This document shows, piece after piece, positions 30,549 through 39,861 of a stretch of DNA of 64,000 nt; the stretch's first letter is position 1; every line of letters starts with the position of its first letter. The DNA lies in NCBI GenBank assembly GCA_963806225.1, contig CAWDXG010000004.1, forward strand, positions 2,144,001-2,208,000. Direction: 5' to 3'. The DNA comes from an uncultured delta proteobacterium. Its GTDB lineage: Bacteria; Myxococcota_A; Polyangia; Polyangiales; Polyangiaceae. The notes beneath the pieces are model-generated. The model was not told the DNA's origin. It saw only the letters and a program-made list of their open reading frames with translations, and searched no databases. Position numbers and translations under genes: made by a program.

Positions 30549-31138
30549 TCAGTTGCGCGTGCACGCCCGCAATCAGATCGGGCGCCTGGCGTTGCTCTTC
30601 GGGGTGGCGTTCGCAGGTCGGGACACGACTCCACCTGCACGCTCGGCGCGCAGGTGGTGTCGCAGGCGTTCAGGAACTCGAGGCTCTCTTCCAGCTCGGC
30701 CTCGAGCTGCATGCAGCTCGCGGATCTTGGAGCGGGCCTCGGCGAGCTTGTCGAGGTAGCGGTCGCGCAGCCGCGCCGCGGCGCCCATCGCGTCGTCCGC
30801 GTCCTCGTGCTCGCGCACGATCTCCTGGATCTCCGAAAGCGAGAAGCCGAGCGCACTGCAGCTTGCTGATCCAGCGCACGCGCAGGAGCGCCTCGCTCGA
30901 GAACAGCCGATAGCGCCCCTTCGAGCGGTCCTCCGGCGTGAGGATCCCGAGGTCCTCGTACAGATGGATCGCGCGCACCGTCTTGCCCGTCGCCTTCGCC
31001 AGCTCGCCCACCTGGAGCAGCTCGTCCGGGCTCGAGCATGCGGCGTAGCTCTCCTCCGCCGCGCGCGCCGGTTCCGAGCCACGCCGCGGCGGAGGGAGCA
31101 GGATGTCGAGATGAGGCGATGGGAGCTGAGTCGGTCAT
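30549..31138 (-). CDS. MerR-family transcriptional regulator with C-terminal Cys cluster (several apparent frameshifts)
   Basis: VGELAKATGKTVRAIHLYEDLGIL.P..RSKGRYRLF, LGFSLSEI, coiled coil, then CDTTC...CPTC after a one-base correction. Confidence 0.82.
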
Positions 31139-31171
31139 GGCTGGGGCGCCTCTATCACCCGGCGCTCCGCT

Positions 31172-31202
31172 AGTCTAACCCTTACGTATGCGTGAGGGTT
31201 AC
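31172..31202 (-). promoter_or_regulatory. MerR-type promoter/operator for the merR-isc operon
   Basis: Minus strand GTAACC, 19 bp, TAGACT, with dyad TAACCCTTACG-tatg-CGTGAGGGTTA across the spacer. Confidence 0.65.
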
Positions 31203-31313
31203 GTTACGTGACCGTGTACCTGCGATCTGTCATGCCGTCAACCCGCGCAGGCGCCCGCCACGAGGCCGAAAAGCAGCGAAATCCCCGGCATAAATGCAAG
31301 CCAGTGATATCCC

Positions 31314-31341
31314 TTGACACAACGCGGCGCGCGGCTAGATT
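31314..31341 (+). promoter_or_regulatory. sigma70 promoter of tRNA-fMet
   Basis: TTGACA, 16 bp, TAGATT, 12 nt upstream of the tRNA. Confidence 0.75.
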
Positions 31342-31353
31342 GCCGACCTCTGA

Positions 31354-31418
<65 letters not shown>

Positions 31419-31427
<9 letters not shown>

Positions 31428-31481
31428 CCCATAGCCGTACCACGCGATGATCCCTCGGCCCCGGCCGGGGGTTCGTCGTTT
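31419..31481 (+). repeat. 63-bp direct repeat copy 1 (tRNA 3' core plus terminator; attL-like)
   Basis: 62/63 identical to 37963-38025. Confidence 0.92.
31445..31481 (+). terminator. Rho-independent terminator after tRNA
   Basis: CGATGATCCCTCGGCC-CC-GGCCGGGGGTTCGTCG followed by TTT. Confidence 0.65.
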
Positions 31482-31509
31482 GTGGGGCAGCGTCGACGGG
31501 TGAGCCTGC

Positions 31510-34500
31510 TCAGGGAGCAAGCCCGCCCGGTCCGGCGTGCGCGTGTGGACCGGCCCGCGTGCCGCCTCCGGTGCCCTTCAGATAGGCGATCAGCGGGTCG
31601 CTGACCAGCGGCACCACCGTGGGCAGCATGTGCGGCATCAGCGAGTCCATCACCTGGGGCAACAGGGTCGGCATCTGCTCCTCCATGTAGTCCGGCATCG
31701 GCACCTGCCCGGCGATCCGGTCGAGCATCACCGGCATCAGCTTCTGCATCATGCGCGGCATCAGAATCGAGAAGAGCACCGGGAAGAGCGGCTTCATCAA
31801 CCTGAGCGCGCCGGGCACCTTCGCCATGAAGCGCATCACCTTGCCCAGACCGAACGGCATCGCGGCGATCAGCTCGGGCCACATGGTGGCGAGCAGGTCG
31901 GCGAAGCCCTGGGGCGTGAGCAGCGGGATCATCTTGTCGAACACCGCCCATTGCGCGCGCGCCGCCGGGTGCGGGTCGGGCAGCTCGTAGCCCAGCTTCT
32001 CGGCAGCCAGGTGCGACAGGTCGATCACCTCCACGTCGGAGTGCCTCGCCTCGGCGCTCACCCTGAGCTGGAACTCGCAGCACGGGCAGAGCGCGACCAT
32101 CTTCCTGGCGCCCACCTCGATCGCCTCGTCGAGCCGCGTCTTGCCGACGTCGGCTGCCACCTCCGGCTCCTTGATCAGCGTGAGCACCGAGCCGCAGCAG
32201 TGCGCCGTGTCGCGGTTGTGTTCCATCTCGCGGAGCTCGACACCCGGCATCGCTTTCAAGAGATCGCGCGGAGGTTCGTACACGCCCGAGGCGCGGCCGA
32301 TGTGGCAGCTATCGTGCCACGTGACCACCTCGGCCGGCTTGCCGTCCCCAGTAGGCTCGGGGAACTTGAAGCTGCCGTCCTCGAGCTTTTCGGAGACGAG
32401 CTCGGTGTAGTGGCGCGCGGTGATGCCGAATTCGAGCCCGAGCTTTTCCGTCCACTCGGGGTAGACGTGTCGCCACATCATGTCGCACGCCGGGCAGGAG
32501 CAGATCACCGTGTCGGCGCCCGTTTCCTTCACCGCGGCGATGTTCTGCTGCATCGTCTCGACGAACACGTCCCACTTGCCGGCTACCAGCATCGGGGTCG
32601 CGCAGCAACTCTCCTTCTCGCCCAGGTAGGTGAAGTCCACGCCCGCCGCGTCGAGCAGCTTCACGCTGCCGATGCCGATGTCCTGCTCGCAGTAGCTGGC
32701 GGTGCAGCCGGCGAAGTAGACGTTCCTGCTCTTGTGCCCGGGGCCGTGCTTCGCCTCGAGCTCCTCGGGGAACCACGCGCTCCGGTCGCGCCGGTATCCG
32801 GCCCAGATGTCACCCTCGGCCCTCAGAGCCGCGCTCATGATCTCGAACGGCGGGAACGTCATGCGCTTCTCGGTGTGCACGAGCTCGCCGCGTAGCTTCA
32901 TCCACGACGGCTCGATCGGCAGCGCCTCGGGGCAGCGCAGATTGCACAGCTCGCAGGTGGTGCAGGCGAGGAACGAGTCGACCATCATCTGGCTCATCTC
33001 TTCCCTGCCCTCGAGGTACTCCCTGAGGAAAAACCACTTGCCGCGGGGCGACTGGCTCTCCCAGCCGCGACCGTAGAACTGGTCGCACTCGTCGATGCAG
33101 TAGCCGCACTGCGAGCACGCGTAGGCGTACTCGGCGACGTCGGCCGGGATGCCGCGCTTGGCCTTGCCCTCGCGCACGCCGGGCTCGGTCTTCACCTGGT
33201 TCGCCGCGAGCCGCACCACCGGCTCGAACGCCTCGGCCGCGCGGATCGCCGTCGATAGCACACCGGCGCCAAGCACCTTGCCCGGGTTCATCACGCCCGT
33301 AGGGTCGACCTCGCGCTTGTACTGCTGGAGCTTGCCGAGCGCGTCGGGGCCCAGCACCTGGGCCGCCTTGTGGCGGAAGTAGAGGCCGGTGGAGTACGCG
33401 CGGCCTCCGTGGCGCTCGGCGATCCCGATCACGCTCAGCGCGAGGCCGAACACGAGATCGTAGCCCAGGGTGCGCTCGTCCTGCGGGATGAATCCGAGCA
33501 GCACCACCTCGGGCTCCTTGGCGCCCTTCACCGCGATGCCCTCGATCACCAGAGGCTGGTGGATCTTCTGCTCCAGCTCCTCCAGCGCGACCCCGAGCCC
33601 GGAGAGCGGCACCACCACCTCGGCCGGCACCAGCGAGGGCCCGAGCCGCTTCACACGCATGATGCGGAAGCGCTCGTTCCACTCGTGCCAGGCCAGCTCG
33701 TCTTCGATGCGGCGCGCGCCCGCGCGCTCGACGATCTCGCCGAGCGTGCCGAACACCGCGTCCTCATCGGCGCGGCGCATGGCCAGCGTCACCAGGTAGC
33801 CCTCGGGCATCGGCACCATGTGCTCCGGCGGGTGCTCGCGCGGAGGGCACCTGTTGTTCAGCGCGATCATGTTCGGGTCGGCGAAGCCAAGTGACCACAC
33901 CGGCAGGTCTGCGGCGGCGACTCCCGCGATCACGGCGGCGGCCGAGGCAGCGTCGGGACACGACACCGCAGCCACCGAGAGCTCCTCGAGCTTCATCACA
34001 TCCAGCGTCACCTCGCTGATGAACCCCGTGATGCCCTCGGCGCCGGAGATCAGAGCGAGCTCGGCGCCGCTGAGCTCTTTCACCTCGCCCGACGGCAGCA
34101 CCAACCGCGCCGAGAGCACGTTCTGGCTGAACCAGCCGAACTGGTACGAGCCGTAGCCTGCGCCGCCCTGTGCCAACCAGCCGCCCACCGTCGAAGACGG
34201 GTACGAGCTAGGGTACAGCCTCAACGTGAGGCCCTGCTTGGAAAGCGCGTGGTCGAGCTTCTCCCAGACGATGCCCGGCTCGACAGTGACGGTCAGCTCG
34301 CTCTCGTCGATCGCCTTGACCTGCTTCAACCGCCGTAGGTCGACCACGACGCCGCCGTCGACCGGAACGACGCCGCCATAGCCCGACGTGGCCTTCGCGC
34401 GGGGCGTGAGCGGCACCTTGTGCGCCACCGCCCAGCGCGAGAGTTCGATCAGCTCGGCCTCGCTCTCGGGCTGCACCACGCCAGAAGGGGTCGTGTTGCC

Positions 34501-34635
34501 CAACAGTGGTCTCAGCCGCCGGGGCATCACCCCAACGTCGTGCCCGTACAGGCGGCGCTCGGTCGGGTGATACGAAACGCGGTCCGCGAACATTCCGTCC
34601 AGCTCGGCACGCCGGCTCGGGTTGAGCTCTCTCAT
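31510..34635 (-). CDS. FAD-binding / 4Fe-4S / CCG-domain oxidoreductase (GlcD-GlcF-like fusion)
   Basis: VVQPESE..., TVEPGIVW, STVGGW, CSQCGYC...C, CTTCELC...CP, FAGC, CC, HDSCH, CCG. Confidence 0.88.
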   Translation of the reverse strand: MRELNPSRRAELDGMFADRVSYHPTERRLYGHDVGVMPRRLRPLLGNTTPSGVVQPESEAELIELSRWAVAHKVPLTPRAKATSGYGGVVPVDGGVVVDLRRLKQVKAIDESELTVTVEPGIVWEKLDHALSKQGLTLRLYPSSYPSSTVGGWLAQGGAGYGSYQFGWFSQNVLSARLVLPSGEVKELSGAELALISGAEGITGFISEVTLDVMKLEELSVAAVSCPDAASAAAVIAGVAAADLPVWSLGFADPNMIALNNRCPPREHPPEHMVPMPEGYLVTLAMRRADEDAVFGTLGEIVERAGARRIEDELAWHEWNERFRIMRVKRLGPSLVPAEVVVPLSGLGVALEELEQKIHQPLVIEGIAVKGAKEPEVVLLGFIPQDERTLGYDLVFGLALSVIGIAERHGGRAYSTGLYFRHKAAQVLGPDALGKLQQYKREVDPTGVMNPGKVLGAGVLSTAIRAAEAFEPVVRLAANQVKTEPGVREGKAKRGIPADVAEYAYACSQCGYCIDECDQFYGRGWESQSPRGKWFFLREYLEGREEMSQMMVDSFLACTTCELCNLRCPEALPIEPSWMKLRGELVHTEKRMTFPPFEIMSAALRAEGDIWAGYRRDRSAWFPEELEAKHGPGHKSRNVYFAGCTASYCEQDIGIGSVKLLDAAGVDFTYLGEKESCCATPMLVAGKWDVFVETMQQNIAAVKETGADTVICSCPACDMMWRHVYPEWTEKLGLEFGITARHYTELVSEKLEDGSFKFPEPTGDGKPAEVVTWHDSCHIGRASGVYEPPRDLLKAMPGVELREMEHNRDTAHCCGSVLTLIKEPEVAADVGKTRLDEAIEVGARKMVALCPCCEFQLRVSAEARHSDVEVIDLSHLAAEKLGYELPDPHPAARAQWAVFDKMIPLLTPQGFADLLATMWPELIAAMPFGLGKVMRFMAKVPGALRLMKPLFPVLFSILMPRMMQKLMPVMLDRIAGQVPMPDYMEEQMPTLLPQVMDSLMPHMLPTVVPLVSDPLIAYLKGTGGGTRAGPHAHAGPGGLAP

Positions 34636-34957
34636 GCCGTGGGGAAAGGCATCGCGCATGCCACGGAAAACACCGGGAACACGAGCCGCTTGCCGCAGAT
34701 TCTGCGTGTCGGATCGCTGTGGCGGCACCCTTCACCGTTTCGTCGCATGAAGGCGAGGCCCCACTCGCGGACCACGACTCCGCTCGACTCGAGCAACGCG
34801 CCCACGTGATGCGCACGCGGGTCGCGACTGCAAGAGCCCATCGGTCGGCCACCGCCGTGCCTCGCGCGCGTCTGCTATCCTTCCGCCCCGGCGCTGGACT
34901 CTGGCCCTTTCATCATGCTGGCACCGAGAAACCGGGCTGGGCCCCGAGGAGTCTTCG

Positions 34958-36073
34958 ATGTCCGACGAGCTGTACGTGTATCTGGATGTCGACTTCGACT
35001 TCCACAAGGATAACCCGGAGAGACGGCGCTGGTGGGGCGATGGTCGGATCCTCGGGGGGCTGTTCCGTGCAGCACAGGACCTCGATCTGTGGTTCGACTT
35101 CCGCTATTGGCGGAAAACCGGGCGCGCCGTTGGATTCACCTCGCTTGACGCGCTGATCGAGACCACGCGAGGCTGGGACGACTCCGCGTATACCCTCCGA
35201 TCAAACAAGTCCGGAAGCGACCACGGCACTTCGTTCAGGTTGCGTCTCACGCTCCGCAGCCTATGGCTCGGCCTGCAGGTCGACGCCGCGACGGCGCGCG
35301 ACCAGCGCGAGACCCTGCTCGACCGCCTCATCGAGCTGACTGTTCGCACACGAAAGCTCATGGGCGACGAGGCCTGGATTGGTGAGCCTGCATCGGTCCG
35401 CGTGCCGAACCTTGTCTACCCGCGTCCGCGTCCTCCGCCCGAATACCCCGAAATGGACTTCGGCGAGCTCGCTGGCTTCATCGAACCGGCTTATCTGGCG
35501 TGGCGTGAAGGGCAGTTTCCCGACGAGAAGCCGACGAAGGCCCTGGCGAAGCTGATGAAGGCGAAAATGCCTCCTGGCACGCGTCTGGAAGAACGCGGCG
35601 GGCTGGTGATACCGCGTTGGATCGACCAGCCGCTCGACGAGGGAGCCATGTCGCGCGCCAGCACCCAGCGGGAGCAGTTCCTCCAGAAGAGGCTGCGGCT
35701 ACCACCGCAAGACGGCTGGAACGAGGCGGGGGACGAGAAAGTGTGGGTACACATGTTCGACCCGCGCCCGCCCCTGACGCTGTATGCGGGCGGCGCCGCG
35801 TTCAAGACGCTCGCCGTCACCAAGAGCGGCCGCGTCCCTCGCGCCGAGTTCGACCAGATTGCCGGGTGGATCGCCGCCGGCGCGCTTCCCGACGGAACAT
35901 CGATCGAGCAGATGGGGCTCATCGTACCCTCCAGGGAGGCTGCGCTAGCCGTCGCCCGGAAGGCAGTCGCCATCGGTGTGTCCCGAATCGCCTATACGGA
36001 CAAGGAAGGCACGTTGTGGAACCCGTTTCCGGCCGGTGAGTGGCTCGAGGTCTCGCCCCGGAGACGCCGATGA
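34958..36073 (+). CDS. Hypothetical protein
   Basis: 371-aa ORF with GAGGAG RBS and natural composition; no recognisable motif. Confidence 0.7.
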   Translation: MSDELYVYLDVDFDFHKDNPERRRWWGDGRILGGLFRAAQDLDLWFDFRYWRKTGRAVGFTSLDALIETTRGWDDSAYTLRSNKSGSDHGTSFRLRLTLRSLWLGLQVDAATARDQRETLLDRLIELTVRTRKLMGDEAWIGEPASVRVPNLVYPRPRPPPEYPEMDFGELAGFIEPAYLAWREGQFPDEKPTKALAKLMKAKMPPGTRLEERGGLVIPRWIDQPLDEGAMSRASTQREQFLQKRLRLPPQDGWNEAGDEKVWVHMFDPRPPLTLYAGGAAFKTLAVTKSGRVPRAEFDQIAGWIAAGALPDGTSIEQMGLIVPSREAALAVARKAVAIGVSRIAYTDKEGTLWNPFPAGEWLEVSPRRRR

Positions 36074-36194
36074 AACCGGTTGGGCCGCGGCGCCCGCGCT
36101 TCATGCGTCCGCCACTACGCACCTGTCATCATACCGTTGATGCGGCCCCGGTCGTCCGGTTCGCGAGAGAGTCGCTACCCGCTATAGTTCTGCC

Positions 36195-37484
36195 ATGTCC
36201 GAGTCCACCGCGGGTGACCAGTCCGGTCCCGAAGAGCCGTCGCCCGGCCGCGTGCGCCGACTGATTCGCCATCTATCCCGACTGGGCGTCACCGACGCGA
36301 TGCCACCCGAGGCCGCCAAGCACGTCCAGCTCATCAACTACATCGCCATGGTGTGCATGGCCGTGTTGTTGATCTTCGCCCCCTTGGAATTGACACTGGC
36401 TCATCCGGCCAGCCGTCTGTGGGCCGTGGCCGAGGTGCTCACCGCTGGATTGTTGATCCTCCCCATGACGCTCAACTCCAGGGGCCACTACTGGTTGGCC
36501 ACCACCGCCGCCTGTCTGATCGGCGTGGCCTCCATTTCAGCGGGCACCGCGATCGTCGGTGCCGCCGTGGGCGTGAAGTACTACCTGATGTTCTTTGCGC
36601 TGGTGCCTTTCGTGGCCTATTCCCGAGAGCATCTGGGGAGCGCCGTCACGATCTCCACTCTCGCGTTGCTCTGCCTCCTGGCGCTGTACTGGCTGACGGA
36701 TGGCAATCCGCTGGTGGGGCCCCCGTGGACGCCCGGGAAAGCCAAGCTCTCGATCTTCGGGTCGTTGCTCGGGGTCTTCCTGCTCGCTGCGGCCCTCGGC
36801 TACTACACCCGGGTCACGACGCAGAGCGCCGAGGACATTGCCACCCGGGAGCGCGAGGCCAGCGAAAGGCTGTTGCTGAACATCCTGCCCGGCCCCATCG
36901 CGGCTCGCCTCAAACAGGAGCGGCTGGTCATTGCCGACCACTACGAGGAGGTGACCGTGCTCTTCGCTGACATCGTGGGCTTCACGCCCATGTCCAAGGA
37001 GCTGGAGCCGCACGAGGTCGTGAGCTTTCTGAACGTGGTGTTCTCGAAGCTGGACGCGCTCGCGGACAGACACGGTCTGGAGAAGATCAAGACCATCGGT
37101 GATGCCTACATGGTGGCCGGCGGCCTACCGACGCCCCGACCGGACAGCGCCGCGGCAGTAGCAAGTTTCGCGCTGGACGCACTGCATGCCGTCGCGGGGC
37201 TGCAGACGCCAGGGAAGACGCCCCTGGCCCTCAGGATCGGCATGAACACCGGCCCCGCCGTGGCTGGCGTGATTGGTCGGCGCAAATTCAGCTATGACCT
37301 CTGGGGGGACACCGTCAACACAGCCAGCCGAATGGAATCGCACGGCGACGCCGGCAGAATCCAGATCACCCGGGCTTGCCGGGACAGGCTCCATCACGAC
37401 TTCCACCTCGAGCCGCGCGGTCTGACGGACGTTAAAGGCAAGGGGCCCATGGAGACCTGGTGGCTCGAGGGACGCAGATCCTGA
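36195..37484 (+). CDS. Membrane adenylate/guanylate cyclase
   Basis: About 6 TM helices, SERLLLNILP, VLFADIVGFT, KIKTIGDAYM, YDLWGDTVNTASRMES. Confidence 0.92.
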   Translation: MSESTAGDQSGPEEPSPGRVRRLIRHLSRLGVTDAMPPEAAKHVQLINYIAMVCMAVLLIFAPLELTLAHPASRLWAVAEVLTAGLLILPMTLNSRGHYWLATTAACLIGVASISAGTAIVGAAVGVKYYLMFFALVPFVAYSREHLGSAVTISTLALLCLLALYWLTDGNPLVGPPWTPGKAKLSIFGSLLGVFLLAAALGYYTRVTTQSAEDIATREREASERLLLNILPGPIAARLKQERLVIADHYEEVTVLFADIVGFTPMSKELEPHEVVSFLNVVFSKLDALADRHGLEKIKTIGDAYMVAGGLPTPRPDSAAAVASFALDALHAVAGLQTPGKTPLALRIGMNTGPAVAGVIGRRKFSYDLWGDTVNTASRMESHGDAGRIQITRACRDRLHHDFHLEPRGLTDVKGKGPMETWWLEGRRS

Positions 37485-37548
37485 TGCCGGCCCGCCGCCG
37501 AAAAGTCCCTGACGATCGCAGGCTGCGGCAGGCCTGCCCATTACAGTT

Positions 37549-37938
37549 GTCGTCTCCGAGCTGCGCAAGGGCGCGGGAGCCAATCCGGGCGTCACGACCC
37601 GGATCGCCGGCGTCGACGACAGCGACCCGTTCCTGTCCGTGCTCGTAGCCGGCGAGCTCAGACAAGGCATAGAGCGTTCGAGGCTGCGCGACGCAACTGC
37701 TGCAACGCACCTCGACCGCTGGTGCAGCGCCTTGGTCGAAAGCCATGCGGAGCGATTGCTTGCCGTGGACGCGCGCGTTGCCGACCTGTGGGGTCGCCTC
37801 AACGTGCCCGACCCGATCTCGGCCGTCGATCGCTTGCTCGCGGCGACTGCGATCGTTCACGGACTGACCCTGGTGAGCCGCAACGTGACGGACGTTGCGC
37901 ACACCGGCGTGACGCTGCACAATCCGTTCACGGATTGA
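37549..37938 (+). pseudogene. vapC: 5'-truncated PIN/VapC toxin copy
   Basis: Collinear at offset 2333 with 39882-40271 but lacks MFLLDTN (first catalytic Asp) and has no antitoxin upstream. Confidence 0.8.
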
Positions 37939-37962
37939 GGGTGGTACAGCCCGCGTATCGCC

Positions 37963-38025
37963 CCCGCGCAACCGATAGCCGTACCACGCGATGATCCCTC
38001 GGCCCCGGCCGGGGGTTCGTCGTTT
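37963..38025 (+). repeat. 63-bp direct repeat copy 2 (att junction)
   Basis: Matches 31419-31481 except for one base. Confidence 0.92.
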
Positions 38026-38152
38026 TCGTACACCGGTTTTCTAGCCCGGACGCATCTTCGCGCCGGAGTCGAGCGCCCCGCCCATCTGGACCCGTGCACC
38101 AGGCCCGCATACACGACGAGGGGTGAGGCGAAACACTCCGAGCCGAGCCGGC

Positions 38153-39373
38153 ATGGAGAAGCTGAGGGCGGCCGCTGCAGCCGGCGACGCCGTCGCGTTC
38201 GAAAGGGGCATCGTCGCCCTCGTTGAGTCGGATGGCTTTGCACGCCTGCAAGATATCCGCAGAGCCGAGTTGCTTTTCTCGTGCCACTCGCCGGCCAAGC
38301 GTGCCGCGGTTCGGCGCGCCTATCTCGACGCGCTTCTTCGACTTCGCGCACCGCCTGACCTGCTCCGCGATGCGGTGGTCTACGCTTCTTACTGCGAGGT
38401 TGTCGCCGAGCTGCGCGATGACATTGCCAAGGCCGCTTCAGTAACTGGCACTGGATTGGACCGCCTCGATATCTTGGACGCCATCGAGGCCTCGACACGT
38501 GTCGTCGCTTCGGAAATTCGGCGGTTCGTCAAGCGGTCCGTCGCCTCCAGCGCCGCAGCGAGCACCCGCAGACCACTGGAGATGGCGGCGCGCGTCGCTG
38601 ATGTCTCGCATGAGATCGGCGGCCTTCAGTCGCTGCTGCCACACATGATCAAGCAGCTTAATGCTGGACGGAGCCAAGTCGTTGCGCGCGAACACCAGGA
38701 CGGTCCGTGTGCCGTAACCGCCGCGCGACGACTCTTTCGAGTCGCAGAACACTGGCAAACACTGACCTATCTGCGCCAGCGGGTCGCGTTTGGCGAAATT
38801 CGCGTAGAGCGTGTCGCGCAAGGACAGGATGGGGCTCATCTTTTTGTCGTGCCGAACAGAATCCACGAGGCGTGGCGCCACCCATCGGTCGAGCGCCGGC
38901 TGAGTGCGATGCGCACGAGTCGCCAGTTGTCGGGTGCAGCATCGTCTGCGTTCCCAGTGGACCTGATCGCCCTCACCGGAGCGGTCGTAGGTCTCGTGCC
39001 GGGCACGACGGGTAATGACGTCGTAGCCAGGGTTGTGAACGGTCTGAGCGGCGAAATAGGCGCGTCCATCAGAGCCGTGGACATCCTCCTGCTCGGGCAG
39101 GCAGAGGAGCCTGTTGCCGCTCTGACGCTGGCCCTCTGGGCGGCTCACCTGGTGGTGCACGCGATCAACTTGGTCGGCTACGAGGTTTTGGGCTGTACTG
39201 GCTACTCGCCACGTCCGCCGGAGGAACGCTCGGGAATCCGCCACGCACAAGACTTGAACGGCCCCGCAGTGACGGTCAGCGCCCCGCTTGATCCTCCCGC
39301 CAACGGATTCCGGCCGCGGTGGGTCGATAAGGATGGTCTTGAATGGGCGGGCCACTACTGTGATGACGGTTGA
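38153..39373 (+). CDS. Hypothetical protein (island cargo, possibly truncated)
   Basis: About 406-aa ORF with more A/T-ending codons than core genes; lies between att cores 2 and 3. Confidence 0.5.
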   Translation: MEKLRAAAAAGDAVAFERGIVALVESDGFARLQDIRRAELLFSCHSPAKRAAVRRAYLDALLRLRAPPDLLRDAVVYASYCEVVAELRDDIAKAASVTGTGLDRLDILDAIEASTRVVASEIRRFVKRSVASSAAASTRRPLEMAARVADVSHEIGGLQSLLPHMIKQLNAGRSQVVAREHQDGPCAVTAARRLFRVAEHWQTLTYLRQRVAFGEIRVERVAQGQDGAHLFVVPNRIHEAWRHPSVERRLSAMRTSRQLSGAASSAFPVDLIALTGAVVGLVPGTTGNDVVARVVNGLSGEIGASIRAVDILLLGQAEEPVAALTLALWAAHLVVHAINLVGYEVLGCTGYSPRPPEERSGIRHAQDLNGPAVTVSAPLDPPANGFRPRWVDKDGLEWAGHYCDDG

Positions 39374-39466
39374 CGGTTCGGGGCGGCGACGCCACCTACG
39401 CCACGAGCATCACGCGCAGGTCCCACGAAACCACGTGCTCCAACGTGCAGATCGCTCCCGCGCAAT

Positions 39467-39502
39467 GAAGCCCCCGTCGCAAGGCCGGGGGTTTTCGCTT
39501 TT
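39467..39502 (+). terminator. Terminator-like hairpin after att core 3
   Basis: GAAGCCCCCG-TCGCAAGG-CCGGGGGTTTTCGCTTTT directly after CCCGCGCAA (39457-39465). Confidence 0.6.
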
Positions 39503-39630
39503 GCCCCCCGTGTGCGCCGACTCGTCGCTGGCGTCAGCGGTCGCCGGTCGCAGCCCGTTCGACACCGAAACCAAACGAAGCCGCGAGCGGTCGCTTGCTC
39601 GCACCGGCGGTGCGCGCTATCATTGATAGC

Positions 39631-39861
39631 ATGGCTCAGCTGATCGTGAGAAATCTCGAGGAAGAACTGGTTGAGGCGCTGAAGCTCCGGGCAGCACAAC
39701 ACGGACGTTCGGCCGAGGCGGAGCACCGCGAGTTGCTGCGCGAGGCACTGCTGCGCGCGCCTTCCCGAAGCCTGAAGGAGCATCTGCTCGCCCTACCGGA
39801 CTTCGGCGACGACGCCGACTTCGAAATCGAACGGCCAGCGGCGCGGCGCGTGGATCTCTGA
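39631..39861 (+). CDS. FitA-like ribbon-helix-helix antitoxin
   Basis: MAQLIVRNLEEELVEALKLRAAQHGRSAEAEHRELL; stop overlaps the toxin start (TGATG). Confidence 0.88.
   Translation: MAQLIVRNLEEELVEALKLRAAQHGRSAEAEHRELLREALLRAPSRSLKEHLLALPDFGDDADFEIERPAARRVDL

Noticed and set aside
28412..31138. Multiple frameshifts in iscA, iscS and the MerR gene read as pseudogenisation or programmed frameshifting
   Set aside because: All catalytic motifs are intact, there are no in-frame nonsense codons or slippery heptamers, and the indels cluster locally. Sequencing or assembly error is more likely, though reads are needed to confirm.
37941..37973. Second tRNA gene
   Set aside because: Only 9-11 nt of the acceptor end match; there are no D, anticodon or T arms.
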